The notes: generated by a model from the sequence alone, not told the origin. A stretch of DNA of 64,000 nucleotides from Malacoraja senta (GCA_038087875.1 CM075990.1:12586001-12650000), one strand, 5' to 3'; positions 50,875 through 63,096 are shown, counted from the stretch's first letter. Translations and numbers: made by a program.

Positions 50875-52686
50875 GTGAGTTATGTCCCCTCAGTCCCACG
50901 GAATAGGAAAGCAAGGCTTGTGCTCGGTCCTTAATACATCCTCCAGAAAATGTCCTCAGATGTCAGATCCAAACTGATTTTCTAAGGCCCACTGATTGTT
51001 AAGCTGACAAATGTCGCTGCCATTTTACCAGCAGGGAGCAGCTAGACAAGAGGCCAATTAATCTCTCGCTGGCATTATTGACTGGGGAAGGGCCGAACAG
51101 TTCGATCTTGCATTTAATAAAATCGGAGAAATTCACAACACAGAGGGATCTCATAGAGTCCATGCCGACTGAAAAAGAACAGTATAGGCCAATCCCACTT
51201 GCTCCAAAGAAGGGTCTTGTCCTAAAATGTCACCACTCTATGTTCTCCAGAGATGCTGCCTCTCCTGCTGAGTCACTCCAGCGCTTACAGCATCTCATGA
51301 GCTCCTCTTGGTTTGTTTCAACTGCAGAGAGTGTTTCCGCCTCCACCACCTCACCACTCCTTGGCTGATAATTTGTCCTCATCTACCCTTTCTCCCATGT
51401 ATCTCAGGAGTGCGCCCATTCCCTGGGCAAGAGAAGTGAATCCTCCCATTCACGCTGTCCGGGGCAGCACAGTGGCGCAGTGGTAGAGCTGCTGCCTAAC
51501 AGTGCCAGAGACCCGGGTTCGATCCTGACTGGGGGTGCTGTCTCTACGGAGTTTGTACATTCTCCCTCTGACCACGTGAGGCTTTGTTTTGGGTCTCACA
51601 CATGTCTGGATTAAATTCCACCCGCCACCATTTCACACGTCCTCCAAGCTGATCTACTGTATATCCCACCTCACTGGACACCCTTCCTCACCAACTACGA
51701 CACAACCAATTTTCATGTCATCTACAAACGTACACATCGTATGCCCGACATCTCATCCAAATAATTTATATATATATATGTTACAAATAACAAATATCCC
51801 AGCATCCATTCCTGTGGTACATCACTAGTTACAGAGTTCAAGCCAGGAAAACACTCAACTCCCACCCCCCTCTCCCTTCGATCCTGAGCCATATGAGGAT
51901 CCAGTTTGCTAATGTATCTCTGATCTCTGGTGCCTTGATCTTATGGACGAGCCTCCTATGTGGGATTGTGTTCCTCCACAGTCAGTAGAACTCCCTACCT
52001 ATCGGCATCGTGGCTACATCTTCATGCAACTCGTGGATGCAGATCACCGTTACCTTCTTGTTGACAGTTCGAGACAAGCAGTAAATGTTGGTCCCGGCAA
52101 TGATGCCCACATCTTATTGGAGATTAAGAAAAGAAATTGGAAGAATCAAATGTTTACAGAATTTAGAAATTGTCTAGCCAAAATATTTATCTTATCGAGT
52201 CATACAGCGTGCAAACGCTGGCCCCCCTTTGGCCCAACTTGCCTGCACCAATCAACATTTCCTATCTATTTCCTATTTTCCTATCTATTTCCTATCTTCC
52301 TATTTTTTCCTTCGTCCATAGATGCTGCCGCACCCGCTGAGTTTCTCCAGCAATTTTGTCTACCAACATTTCCTATCTACACTAGTCCTACCTGCCTGCA
52401 TTTGGCCCATGTCTCTCATAACCTGTCCTATCCATGTACCTGTCTAATTGTTTCTTAAAGGTTGCAATGTTCCCTGCCTCAACTACCTCCTCTGGCAGCT
52501 CGTTCCATACACCAACTACCCTTAGAGTGAAAAAGTTACCCCTCGGGTTCCTGGTAAACCTCTTCCCCATCACCTTAAACCTATATCTTCTGATTCTCGA
52601 TCCCCCTACTCTGGGCAAGAGACTGTTCTTAGATATTAAACTGCTCAGATTATTTTGATGACTCTCGTCCTTTCAATGTTTTTTAG

Positions 52687-52890
52687 GGATGGTTTCTATG
52701 ACACCAGGAAAGACAATTGACCGGGAGTCTTTGCCCAGTGCTCACCTGGAGTTCACCTTGATAGCAGAAGACATTGGCCTGCTGAGAAGTGAAGCTGACC
52801 TCATAGTAACCATCCTGGACCAAAATGACAACGCACCAGTCTTCATCCCCACTGCACTGACAGTACATGTTCGGGAAAACAGTCCCTCAG
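52687..52890 (+). CDS. CDH23: Cadherin-23 exon (204 nt; MVSMTPGKTIDRE...AEDIGLL...DQNDNAPVF...ENSPS)
   Basis: ttttag|GG, G|gtgaga. Confidence 0.95.
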
Positions 52891-55044
52891 GTGAGAAAAA
52901 CTTATTGCCCTTCAATGTCAATGAATTGCTAATGGTCGTGCTGGACACTCAGCTAAGGTCAGATACTCTGGAAGGCGACTCCGGACTGTCAAAGCTGCCA
53001 CAGCCAGATATAAAAACTGTTTTTATCCATGAGTAGTTGCTCTACTCAACAGCCAAAATTCTATAGCCTCCCTTTGATCTGGTATTTTGTTGGTTCACAT
53101 GCTTGATCAATGGTGTTTTATCATTAATGTTTTATTATTATTAATGTTTAGTGTTTTCTGAGTCATTCATAACAGTCACTGTATGTCATGTTACTTGTGG
53201 GCGGAGCACCAAGGCAAATTCCTTGTATGTGAATACTTGTCCAATAAACTTATTTACTTACTTATTTACTTATACCATGGAAGGAATGTGTTGGGATTCT
53301 GAAAGTTTCCATGATTAGGTTTTAGGTTTAGGTCTAACATTGTCACATGAACTGAGGTAAAGTGAAAAGCTTTGCTATCCAAACTGATGTGGTATACTCT
53401 CCATAGGCAGGGCAAAGGGGAAGGTGCAGAGTTTAGTTCCCAGTGTTATAGCGCATCAGTTCCAGAGACAAAGTCCAATGATCACAATGGGGTCGAGGTG
53501 AATCAGACAGTACCCCAGCTTATGGAACGACCATTCAGATAACAAGAGGAGAAGAAGCTGTCCCTGTATCTGGTGGTACGCACCTTCAAGCTTCTGTACC
53601 AGGTATTTCTGCTATAAAGCTGCATCCTTAAAAAACTTGTGTTATACAAAATCTTGTTATAAAAAAAGTTGTGTCAATGGGGGAAGAGGTTTCAGACTCA
53701 GAATAACAAAATAATTTTTCCTGCAGGATTAAAAAAAAATTAAGATCTTTTTAATGACCGTAAGTTTATTTTGTAACTGCAACCTAAAAATGCTCATGGC
53801 TGTATGTTACGTTGTTCAATGGTGTTCATCAGTCACATTATATCCACTCGGGGAAACTACCTGTACTAAGTTGGAAACTATTAGAAGGACAAAGGGGAGG
53901 GCTCCATCTCCATCCTTGAGCTTGGATGTCAATGAGTGTTTCGTAGGCACAGCTCAAAGACTGTAGGTGAGGAAAGGTCTTCCCACTGTGGCTTTTCACC
54001 CTCTTTTGATGAGAGGTCATTCACCTCTCCCCACCAGCACCAACTGACCTGTTTCCATTATTTTCTGCTAATATGTGGACTTTCTCTGGCACTGCTTTCC
54101 CTCCTCACGTCTCCTGCCGTTCATCTCATCTCACCCTTGTGTTTGTTCAGCAGTTCCCCGTGTTAACCCTTGTTGAGCACAGGGACTCTGAGTGACCCCA
54201 TGCCCAATGAATGCTCAACACCCCATGTCCTACTGAGACCTACGAGTCCCAATTCTAGTTGAGGGAAAAAAGTATATGAAACAGTTAACAAAAAAGTTCT
54301 CGGCCTCTTTAATGAATATTCCAGTTAGTCTTCTTTAGATGAGAACTCTTCATAATTGCATTTTTTTTAAAGTTGATGGCAAAGTTGCACTTTATGCCTG
54401 TTCAGATTTGTGTATGGCCGAAACTTCGTAAACTGTAACAATTCACGCTGGCACATTGAGAGCGTTGAGGTGCGTCAAGTTTAGTGCAAATAGGCATCGT
54501 TTCCCAGTGCGTCTACAGTGCACTGAAGTGCCATTAAACCTCTAAAAGGTTTGAAAAAAGCAATCAGCAACTGGCCTATATCCAAGATGGGCTGCACTAT
54601 ATCCAAAATGTGTAGGAAGGATCTGCAGATGCTGGTTTACACCGAAGATAGACAGAAAAAAAGCTGTTCAGGCAGCATCTCTGGAGAGAAGGAATAGGTG
54701 ACGTTTTGGATTGAGACCCTTCTTCTGACTCTGATTCAGAGACTTCATGAGTCTGATGAAGGGTCTCACCCTGAAACGTCACCTCTTCCTTTTCTCCAGA
54801 GATGATATCTTTCCCGCTGAGTTACTCCAGCTATTTGTGTCCCTGTTGAATCAACCTTGTGCAGACACTGTGAGTTAGCCTTTATCCATCTCAAGTGTGG
54901 AGCATGGCGATTCTGTGTGCGCCGGTCCCAGAACAGCCAAGTCAGCGGATATTTTTAAGGCAGAGATAGACAAATTCTTGATTAGAACGGGTGTCAAGGG
55001 TTATGGGGAGAAGGCAGGAAAATGGGATTAGGAGGCAGAGATCA

Positions 55045-55433
55045 TCAGGTCAGGTCGGGGGGGAGTTCCCCCCGCCACGGGTACCATGTACTCCCGTGCT
55101 ACCTGCTCCATGGTCGGATAGTCGGCGACTAAACCGTCTCCCCCACCTGGTTAGCCAGGTGAGGAGGGGGCTGTGGACCCCCAGCAGGACCAAAAACAAG
55201 AACTGTCAAAGGGCGGATGAGATTCTAGCGAGCCAACGGCCATCCACACTTCAGTAGAAGTTGTGATCACTGTCGTACATAAGGAATGTTGATAAAGCAC
55301 ACACACCAAAATCCTATACTTCCAGCAGCGGAAGTCTGCAGGAACTGAAGGACAGAGATGTGTGGTGCGTTCCCGTTGGAAACCAGCACCACTGCGTTGC
55401 TAATGTTTTCAACGATGGTGAATGAATGAATGA
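55045..55433 (+). mobile_element. Non-tRNA SINE-like / internally deleted non-LTR element with (TGAA)n tail
   Basis: 12-bp TSD AGGCAGA(G/A)ATCA at 55033-55044 and 55434-55445; second copy at 36352-40643 (split); no A/B box. Confidence 0.75.
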
Positions 55434-55774
55434 AGGCAGAAATCAGCCATGATTGACTGGCAGAGTAGACTCGATGGGCCGAATGGCCTAATTCTACTCC
55501 TAGAGCTTGTGAAGAGGATCTGCTGTCATCCATTACAATCATTCCACTCTTTTAAATCTTTATTTTCACTGTGGACGGCTTGATTATAATCATGTATGGT
55601 AATTTCTCTGATTGAATACCACGCAAACAAAAGCTTTTCGCTGTACCTCGGTACACGTGACAATAACGAACTAAATTAAACTAAACTAGCCTGGCCTGAA
55701 CGATACGTGATTGGCAGCATGTGGTAGAAATTCACAAATGAACCAACCCCTTTCTTGGAACACAACCAAAACAG

Positions 55775-55901
55775 CGAAGATAGACACAAAAAGCTGGAGT
55801 AACTCAGCGGGACAGGCAGCATCTCTGCAGAGAAGGAATCCTTCTCTCCGGAGATGCTGCCTGTCCTGCTGAGTTACTCCAGCTTTTTGTGTCTATCTTC
55901 G
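55775..55901. repeat. Near-perfect 127-bp palindrome of Penelope-like terminal repeat halves
   Basis: CGAAGATAGACACAAAAAGCTGGAG...AAGGAATCCTT...CTCCAGCTTTTTGTGTCTATCTTCG. Confidence 0.85.
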
Positions 55902-56654
55902 GTTTAAACCAGCATCTGCAGTTCCTTCCTACACCACAAAAACATCATTGTTTCTGACGTCAGAGGGCAGGGTTTAGGTGACTGAGATTGACAAAAAATG
56001 CTGGAGAAACTCAGCGGGTGAGGCAGCATCTATGGAGAGAAGGAATTGGTGACGTTTCGGGTCGAGACCCTTCTTCTCAGAGTTGGATCTCAGCTGAGGA
56101 AAGATCACTGAGCTGAAATGCTGACTGTTTCTCACTACATGGACGTTGCTACCACCTGGGCTTTTCAACATTTTTGGTTCCAATTTACTTCCACCTCTCT
56201 GCAGGCTGTGAGAATCCCAATTTAAATTAATTTTGGAAACGTCTCCACCTGCCTTGTCCTGAACCAGGTGTCCAAGCCGTGTTCGAGTTTGATCTGAGAC
56301 TGCCTGTGATTCTGCATGAAATCGAGAGATCAAACCAGAGAGTTCAGGAAAGCAGAGCTGGCATGATGCGTGAGAATGGACTGCAGATGGTGGTTTAACC
56401 GAAGATAGACACAAAATGCTGGAGTAACTCAGCGAGACAGGCAGCATCTCTGGAGAGAAGGAATGGTTGAATGGGTGGACTAGACTAGTCTGAAGAAGGG
56501 ACTCTACCCGAAACGTCACCCATTCCTTCTCTCCAGGACAGGCAGCAGAAGAACAATGATCCAAGCATTTTTTTTATACCTCATGAGAACTCCCACAGGT
56601 CCTCAATGTTCTAATTCTTAATGCTGTTTTGGGGAACTAGGAGTATAATTATAA

Positions 56655-56878
56655 AGGGCCTGTCCCACTTGGTGATTTTTTCGCGACTGCCGGCATCATT
56701 GACTGGCGTATCAGGTCACCAGAAAATACGCGGCGTGATGTCGTATGATGCGTGGTGTTTTTTCAAGTGTCGCAACATTTTTTTTGTCGCCGCTGGATTT
56801 TGAAATGTTCAAAATCTTTTGGCGACACTGATATGATGCCGGCAGTCGCCGAAAAAATCGGCAAGTGGGACAGGCCCT
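56655..56878. mobile_element. PIF/Harbinger-type MITE (counterpart of 748-972)
   Basis: Same TIRs, TAA TSD. Confidence 0.85.
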
Positions 56879-57013
56879 TAAACACTCCCTCCTTCGCAAC
56901 AGTGGTTGTGTTCAGCAGAACGTCATTGGTTTGAAAGCACGTGGAACATCTTAAAAGGTTGTGGAAACTGTTTAATAACTACTCATCTTTCCTTCCACCT
57001 GCAGCCCTCTGTA

Positions 57014-57669
57014 ATAATAATAATAATAATAATAGATTTTATTTATATAGCGCTTTTCAGGACTCAAAGTCGCTTTACAATTGAGAGTCAGGAATAAACA
57101 AAACAAAATAGAGCAGTAAGACAGAGGGGGGGGGGGAACATGGGACTAAGGGTATGCAGAGGTGAAGAGATGGGTCTTGAGGCGGGACTGGAAGATGGTG
57201 AGGGACTCAGAATTTCGGACCGGTTGTGGGAGGGAATTCCAGAGCCTGGGAGCTGCCCTGGAGAAGGCTCTGCCTCCAAAAGTGCAGAGGTTTGATTTCG
57301 GAGTGGAGAGGAGACCAGCTGATGTGGATCTGAGGGACCGTGAGGGTTGGTAGGGGGAGAGGAGGTCAATGAGATAAGGGGGGGCCAGGTTGTTGAGGGC
57401 TTTGTAGGTGAGGACCAGGATTTTGTAGGTGATCCGGTGGGAAATGGGAAGCCAGTGAAGTTCTTTGAGAACTGGGGTGATGTGGTGCCAGGATTTGGTG
57501 TGGGTAATGAGTCGAGCGGCTGCATTTTGGACCAGTTGGAGTCGTTTGATGCTGCTGGAATTGATTCCGAAAAGAAGAGAGTTACAGTAGTCCAGTCGGG
57601 AGGAGATGAAGGCATGGATGAGTCTTTCAGCAGCGGGGGGTGTGAGAGAGGATCTGATTTTTGCAATGT
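57014..57669 (-). mobile_element. L2-clade LINE 3' fragment, recent insertion
   Basis: Uninterrupted ORF NIAKIR...LIHAFISSRLDYCNSLL...RLQLVQNAAARL...LHWLP...LKTHLF; (TTA)n tail; perfect 34-bp TSD at 56980-57013 and 57670-57703; absent from the copy at ~1074-1107. Confidence 0.92.
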
Positions 57670-57949
57670 TACTCATCTTTCCTTCCACCTGCAGCCCTCT
57701 GTAGAACATTCACCTTTGTGTAAACTGGGAAGGAGGCTTCCATTAAGATAGTTCTATGATTCTATTAATTCATAATTCTATTTATATATGAAAACAACAC
57801 CTGTGCACCTGAATCCTTGTGAGAACAGATCATCTGTTCCCACTAGTTCCATGTCATCCCGCTTTCTCATCCACTCCTATACACTGGGGGACCTGAATAT
57901 ACTCTATCTTAGAAATGTGGCGTGTTCACACATTTTTTGTATGTTTTAG

Positions 57950-58411
57950 GCTTCAGTATCGTCCAGGTGACAGCCACGGATGCCGACACAGGTGTGAATC
58001 AACAGCTGAGTTACCGAATCGAGGGGGGCGCCCAGGATAAGTTTCTCATTGACCCTCCCAGTGGAGTTATCAAGGTGGCCAATGGAGTAACAATAGATCG
58101 AGAAGAAAAGGGCTCGTACACAATAGTAGTGATTGCGATGGACCAAGGAACTCCGCCATTGTCGGCAAGCGCCACTGTGAACATCATAGTAGACGACGTC
58201 AACGACTGCCCTCCCGAGTTTGTTAACCCGGTGCAGACTATTAGCATCAGTGAATCGGTGACAGTCGGGGCCATCATAGCGAACCTTACAGCCGTCGACC
58301 GTGACCTCCGACCTCGACTGGAGTACTACATCATCGGGATCGTTGCGAAGGACGACGCTGACAAGGTGTTGGAGGAGCAACAGAGAGCTTTTGACATCAA
58401 TTTTCAAACAG
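57950..58411 (+). CDS. CDH23: Cadherin-23 exon (462 nt; FSIVQVTATDAD...GAQDKFLI...GIVAKDDAD...DINFQT)
   Basis: ttttag|GC, G|gtaaag; open frame; GAQD and GIVAKDD are diagnostic. Confidence 0.96.
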
Positions 58412-58889
58412 GTAAAGTTTGCACGCAAGCTCCACAGAAGAAAACGTACACCAACTCCAAACACCCTCTGAGCCTGGAGTTGCAGTGCGTTGAACTGGGA
58501 TTGTTGGCGGGCGAAGTGAGTGGAGTCAAGTCAAGAGTGTTGTATTGTCATATGTCCCAGATAGGACAATGAAATTCTTACTTGCTGCAGCACAACAGAA
58601 TATGTAAACGTAGTACATAACGGGAGAAAAAAAGTTCAGTGAGTGTATACACATGCACACATACTCAATAAATAAACATATATAGTGCAATAATAATAAT
58701 AGTCTGTTACAGTTCAGAGCTTATTTGTGGTGTTTAATAGCCTGATGGCTGTAGGGAAGAAGCTGGATGTTACAGTAAGGTCATTTACTCTTAGTTCCCT
58801 GGACTTGGACAAACAGGCCCTTCAGCCCAACTTGCCCATTCCGACCAACTTGCACCTGCATCTGCACCTGCCTGTATTTGACCCATCTA

Positions 58890-59242
58890 TCTACACATAA
58901 CTAAAACTCTGATCTTCTTATCTTCCGGTTTGTACAGTCTTTCTATTTGTGCAAAAACGGTTCTATGATTTTTCGCCAGTTTACTCAACGTTCTCCTATG
59001 CTGCGAGTGCACCAAGTTTCGTTCCGATCGGTTGAATGTCGTAAACGTTAGCGAGGTTTAAAAAAATCTTAAAAACCGCACGTGCGCAGATCGATCTCTT
59101 CTCCTGCCGTTCAGCGCCGCGTGGATTAGTCTCTTCCCCTGTCACTCAGCGGGACGGTCCACCCCTTCCTGCGCCATCGAGTCTTTACTGGAGCTGAGGA
59201 TGGCCGGGGGAAGTTTCCAACCGGACACAATTTTCAGAGGGA
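58890..59242 (+). mobile_element. Helitron-like 5' portion leading into a minisatellite
   Basis: Starts A|TCTACACATAACTAAAACTCTGATCTT, resembling the 5' end of the element at 8635-9197; 3' hairpin/CTAG not found. Confidence 0.45.
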
Positions 59243-59890
59243 CCCCAAGCAGCCCAGCCCCAAGCAGCCCAGCCCCATGCAACCCAGTCCATTACAGCCC
59301 AGCCCCAAGCAGCCCAGCCCCATGCAGCCAGCCCGTTACAGCCCAGCCCCAAGCAGCCCAGCCCATTACAGCCCAGCCCATTACAGCCCAGCCCCAAGCA
59401 GCCCAGCCCATTACAGCCCAGCCCCAAGCAGCGCAGCCCCAAGCAGCCCAGCCCATTGCAGCCCAGCCCCAAGCACCCCAGCCCATTACAGCCCAGCCCC
59501 AAGCAGCCCAGCCCCATGCAGCCCAGCCCCATGCAGCCCAGCCCCAAGCAGCCCAGCCCCATGCAGCCCAGCCCCATGCAGCCCAGCCCCCAAGCAGCCC
59601 AGCCCCAAGCAGCCCAGCCCCATGCAGCCCAGCCCCATGCAGCCCAGCACCAAGCAGCCCAGCCCCAAGCAGCCCAGCCCATTACAGCCCATTACAGCCC
59701 AGCCCCAAGCAGCGCAGCCCCAAGCAGCCCAGCCCATTGCAGCCCAGCCCCCAGCAGCCCAGCCCCCAAGCAGCCCAGCCCCATGCAGCCCAGCCCCATG
59801 CAGCCCAGCACCAAGCAGCCCAGCCCCAAGCAGCCCAGCCCCATGCAACCCAGCCCCATGCAGCCCAGCCCCATGCAGCCCAGCCCCAAG
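59243..59890. repeat. Minisatellite, ~15-bp unit GCAGCCCAGCCCCA(A/T) with ATTACAGCCC variants
   Basis: Directly visible tandem array of about 650 bp. Confidence 0.95.
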
Positions 59891-59969
59891 TGCGCAATAT
59901 TTAGAATTGTAAACATGCTGTGGAGAACGTTGATGATCCTTACTGATGTTCTTGTTTCTTTTCCACTAG

Positions 59970-60086
59970 GTGCTGTATTTGTAAGAAGGCCTTTGAATCG
60001 GGAACTGGTAGCGACCTATGAGCTCACGATATCAGTTCATGACAATGCCAGTGAAGAAATCACTCACTCTGTCAGTGTGCCCAATG
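59970..60086 (+). CDS. CDH23: Cadherin-23 exon (117 nt; AVFVRRPLNRELVATYELTISVHDNASEEITHSVSVPN)
   Basis: cactag|GT, G|gtaagg; NRELVATYE and SVSVPN are diagnostic. Confidence 0.96.
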
Positions 60087-60145
60087 GTAAGGTTCTCACA
60101 TTCATCACAAGTATTTAGCATTCAACATTGGATTTATTTACAGAG

Positions 60146-60458
60146 GGCGGTACGGTGGCGCAGTGGTAGAGTTGCTGCCTGACAGCGCCAGGTTCGATCC
60201 TGACTACGGGTGCTTGTCTATACAGAGTTTGTACATTCTCCCCATGACCTGCGTGGGTTTTCTCCGAGATCTCCGGTTTCCTCCCACACTCGAAAGACGT
60301 ACAGGTTTGCAGGTTGATTGGCTTGGTTTAAATGTAAATTGCCCCGAGTGTGCGTTGGATAGTGTTAGTGTGCGGGGATCGCTGGTCGGCGCGGACTCGG
60401 TGGGCCGAAGGGGCTGTTTCCACGCTGTATCTCTAAACTAAACTGAACTAAAACTAAA
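60146..60458 (+). mobile_element. tRNA-derived HE1/V-SINE-like SINE
   Basis: A/B boxes, core and (CTAAA)n tail. Confidence 0.8.
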
Positions 60459-60580
60459 CACTACAATTAATCTGAAGAAGGGTGGTGACCCAAAATGTCA
60501 CCTGTCTATATTCTCCAGAGATGCTGCCTGGCCCGCTGAGTTACTCCAGCCCTTTGATGTATTTACTTGGCCTGTTTCAG

Positions 60581-60805
60581 CGAGGTTGACTGTGAACATC
60601 CTGGATGTGAATGACAACCCTCCACGATTCAGACCGTTCGGAGTGAGGATTTTCACGGAGAGGATTCTGGAGGGAGCAACGAGCGGGACCACGCTCCTCT
60701 CTGTGTCTGCCGTGGATCCCGATAAAGGCCCCAACGGCCAGATCAGCTACGAGCTCTTGAACCTTCCTCCTGGGGACTACATCAGGCTGGAGGACCCTGC
60801 TGCAG
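60581..60805 (+). CDS. CDH23: Cadherin-23 exon (225 nt; RLTVNILDVNDNPPRFRPFG...ERILEGAT...LEDPAA)
   Basis: tttcag|CG, G|gtgaga. Confidence 0.96.
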
Positions 60806-60886
60806 GTGAGAAAGGGCAGGCTAATGTAATGAGCCTCCATGTCAACTCGACCTGAACGACTATCTACCTCATCGGGAACCCTCGCA

Positions 60887-61108
60887 CTGTCCCACTTTCA
60901 CCACCAAATTCACGACCTCCGCCGAGTTTGCCCTTGACTCATACTCGCAGCATGGTCGTCACGAGATCGTAGGAGGTCGTAGGTAGGTCGTGATGCTAGT
61001 CGTAGGTACTCGTGGCATCAAGTAGGTCGGGGCGTTTTTTCAGCATGATGAAAAATGTCCACGAGTAAAAAAGGTCGTGAATTAGGTCGTGAAAGTGGGA
61101 CAGGCCCT
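60887..61108. mobile_element. PIF/Harbinger-type MITE, left terminus eroded
   Basis: CTGTCCCACTTTCAC...GTGAAAGTGGGACAGGCCCT followed by TTA. Confidence 0.75.
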
Positions 61109-62061
61109 TTATCTTGCACTAAACGTTATTCCCTTATCATGTATCTGTACACTGCGACGGCACGATTGTAATCAAGTATTGTTTTTCCGCTGGCTGGTTA
61201 GCACGCAACAAAAGCTCTTTTCACCGTACCTCTGTACACACGGCAATAAACTAAACTAAACTAGACAACAGTTTCAACAAAGAGTTGAGGGAAGAGTCTT
61301 CAGGAATGGCACTGTATTCAGTGGGAAGAGCAGCTTCCCAATCAGCTTAGAGTTGCCTGGCTATAACCTGACCTTCATATCCCCCCGGGGGTGAGAGCTT
61401 CTCTCTGGTTATCCTATCAAAACCTCTTATCATCTCAGACATCTCTGTTAATTCATCTGTTAACATTGCCACGCCTGAGGTATTTCAATCTCTGCAGCCT
61501 GCCTTCCTAATTCCATACAACCATCTTCACTTTGATTTCATTCTGAGCGATCTGCCCTGCAGCTGTTCCCACAACAGTTTATCGTTCCTGCAGCTATTGC
61601 CCGAAGTGAAAACTGTGTTGTTCTCATGTTGGAACAAAACATCTGTACATCAAGGCTAATATCCTATTGTTATTTTTTAATGGTACTTGAATCCCAAACC
61701 TCCCGGATACTTCATATTGTTGACCTTCTTGCCATTTGGGGGAAAAAATCTCAATTATTATTTTTCTTGTTCAAAGTAAAGGGCAGCTCTTTGCCTTACA
61801 CTGAGTTTTATTTCCCACAGTTTGCCTGCTGATTTAATCCATAAGCATCCTGGGTGTTCCTGACTAGTTTGAGTTTAGTTTATTGTAGTTTATTGATTAC
61901 TCACTGCACCTGATATCTGGTTGCCATTCACAGTCTAGAGTCAATAAGCATTTGCAAAGACACAGCAACTCCAATTTGCGCTGGGCTCACTTCATAACTT
62001 CATATAGCCCTTGCTTTCTCTCTCCATCCCCTTCCCCTTCCCAGTTCTCCCACTAGTCTTA

Positions 62062-62618
62062 GCCTGTCCCACGGGCATGCGACTCCATGCGGCAAACGCG
62101 ACCTAACCGCAAGCGGGGGCCGCGCGGAGGTCGAGTGATCCCCGTACAGGGCTGGTCCCAATCAGCATGCGGCAAGCGTTACCAAATCAGAAGCAGGGGC
62201 CGCGCGGAGGTCGAGTGACGTCAAGACGGTGCGTACGGCGGCGAGGCGGTGCGCACGGCCGTTGAGGCGATGCGCACGGCCTCGATGCGGCTGCGTCCGG
62301 CGTCGAGGCGGTACGCAGGGTCTCGAGGCGGCTGCGTCCGGCGTCGAGGCGGTGCGCACGGCCGTCGAGGCGGTGCGCACGGCCGTCGATGCGGCGCGCA
62401 CGGCCTCGATGCGGCTGCGGGGCAGCAGGCCGTTGCCGCACGGAATTTTTGAACAGTGTCAGTTTTTCGGAGCCCCGCGCGATGTCGGGACCAGCTCCGC
62501 ACAACTCCATACGGCTCCGGCGATCGAAGTGGGACCGGCCCCGCGACCTCCGCGCGGCCCCTGCTTGCGGTTAGGTCGCGCTTGCCGCATGGAATCGCAT
62601 GCCCGTGGGACAGGCCCT
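62062..62618. mobile_element. PIF/Harbinger-type MITE with ~75-bp TIRs and GC/CpG-rich internal tandem repeats
   Basis: GCCTGTCCCACGGGCATGCGA...TCGCATGCCCGTGGGACAGGCCCT; TTA on both sides; inserted in a Penelope-like repeat. Confidence 0.85.
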
Positions 62619-62926
62619 TTACTGTCTCCGCCTGCAATCTATTTTTGTCCCGCCCTCTCCCCTGACATCATTCTGAGGAAGGGTCTCGACCCGAAACGTT
62701 GCCCATTCCTTTTCTCGAGAGTTGCTGCCTCACCCGCTGAGTTACTCCAGCATTTTGTGGCTACCTAAGCATTTGCAAAGGTCCCAGTGTACGAATGTCA
62801 TTATATACAGTATACCAGCACAATGTAAGCATCAGATAGGGATTAATGCATTACCGAGCAATGCCCTTTGAGTGATTATTGCCAACAATCACCCTGTCCC
62901 ATCCCGTCTCGTCTGTCTTTCCACAG

Positions 62927-63096
62927 GAAAAATAGTTGCAAGTAGAACAGTGGATTATGAAGAGGTCCATTGGCTGAACTTCACAGTCCGTGCAGTGGAT
63001 CACGGATCGCCAGCTCGATCTGTTGAGGTTCCTGTTTACCTACAGATCCAGGACGTCAATGACAACAACCCCGTCTTTGTGCAAGTCCCGTATCAG
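62927..63096 (+). CDS. CDH23: Cadherin-23 exon (170 nt; KIVASRTVDYEEVHWLNFTVRAVDHGSP...DVNDNNPVFVQVPYQ)
   Basis: ccacag|GA, CAG|gtaacg; RTVDYEEVHWLNFTVRA is diagnostic. Confidence 0.97.

Noticed and set aside
55045-55130. Possible third HDV-like ribozyme (TCCCGT loop) at the 5' end of the SINE-like element
   Set aside because: Could not assign consistent P1, P1.1, P3 and J4/2
59243-59890. Resemblance of GGGCT pentamers to immunoglobulin switch regions
   Set aside because: No Ig locus context and no AGCT palindromes; an ordinary minisatellite explains it
59185-60118. Long Pro/Gln/Ala- or Gly/Trp-rich ORFs in several frames
   Set aside because: By-products of a stop-free 15-bp minisatellite; only 59970-60086 is a real exon
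62162-62768. Multiple Arg/Ala-rich ORFs
   Set aside because: They come from the GC-rich tandem interior of a MITE
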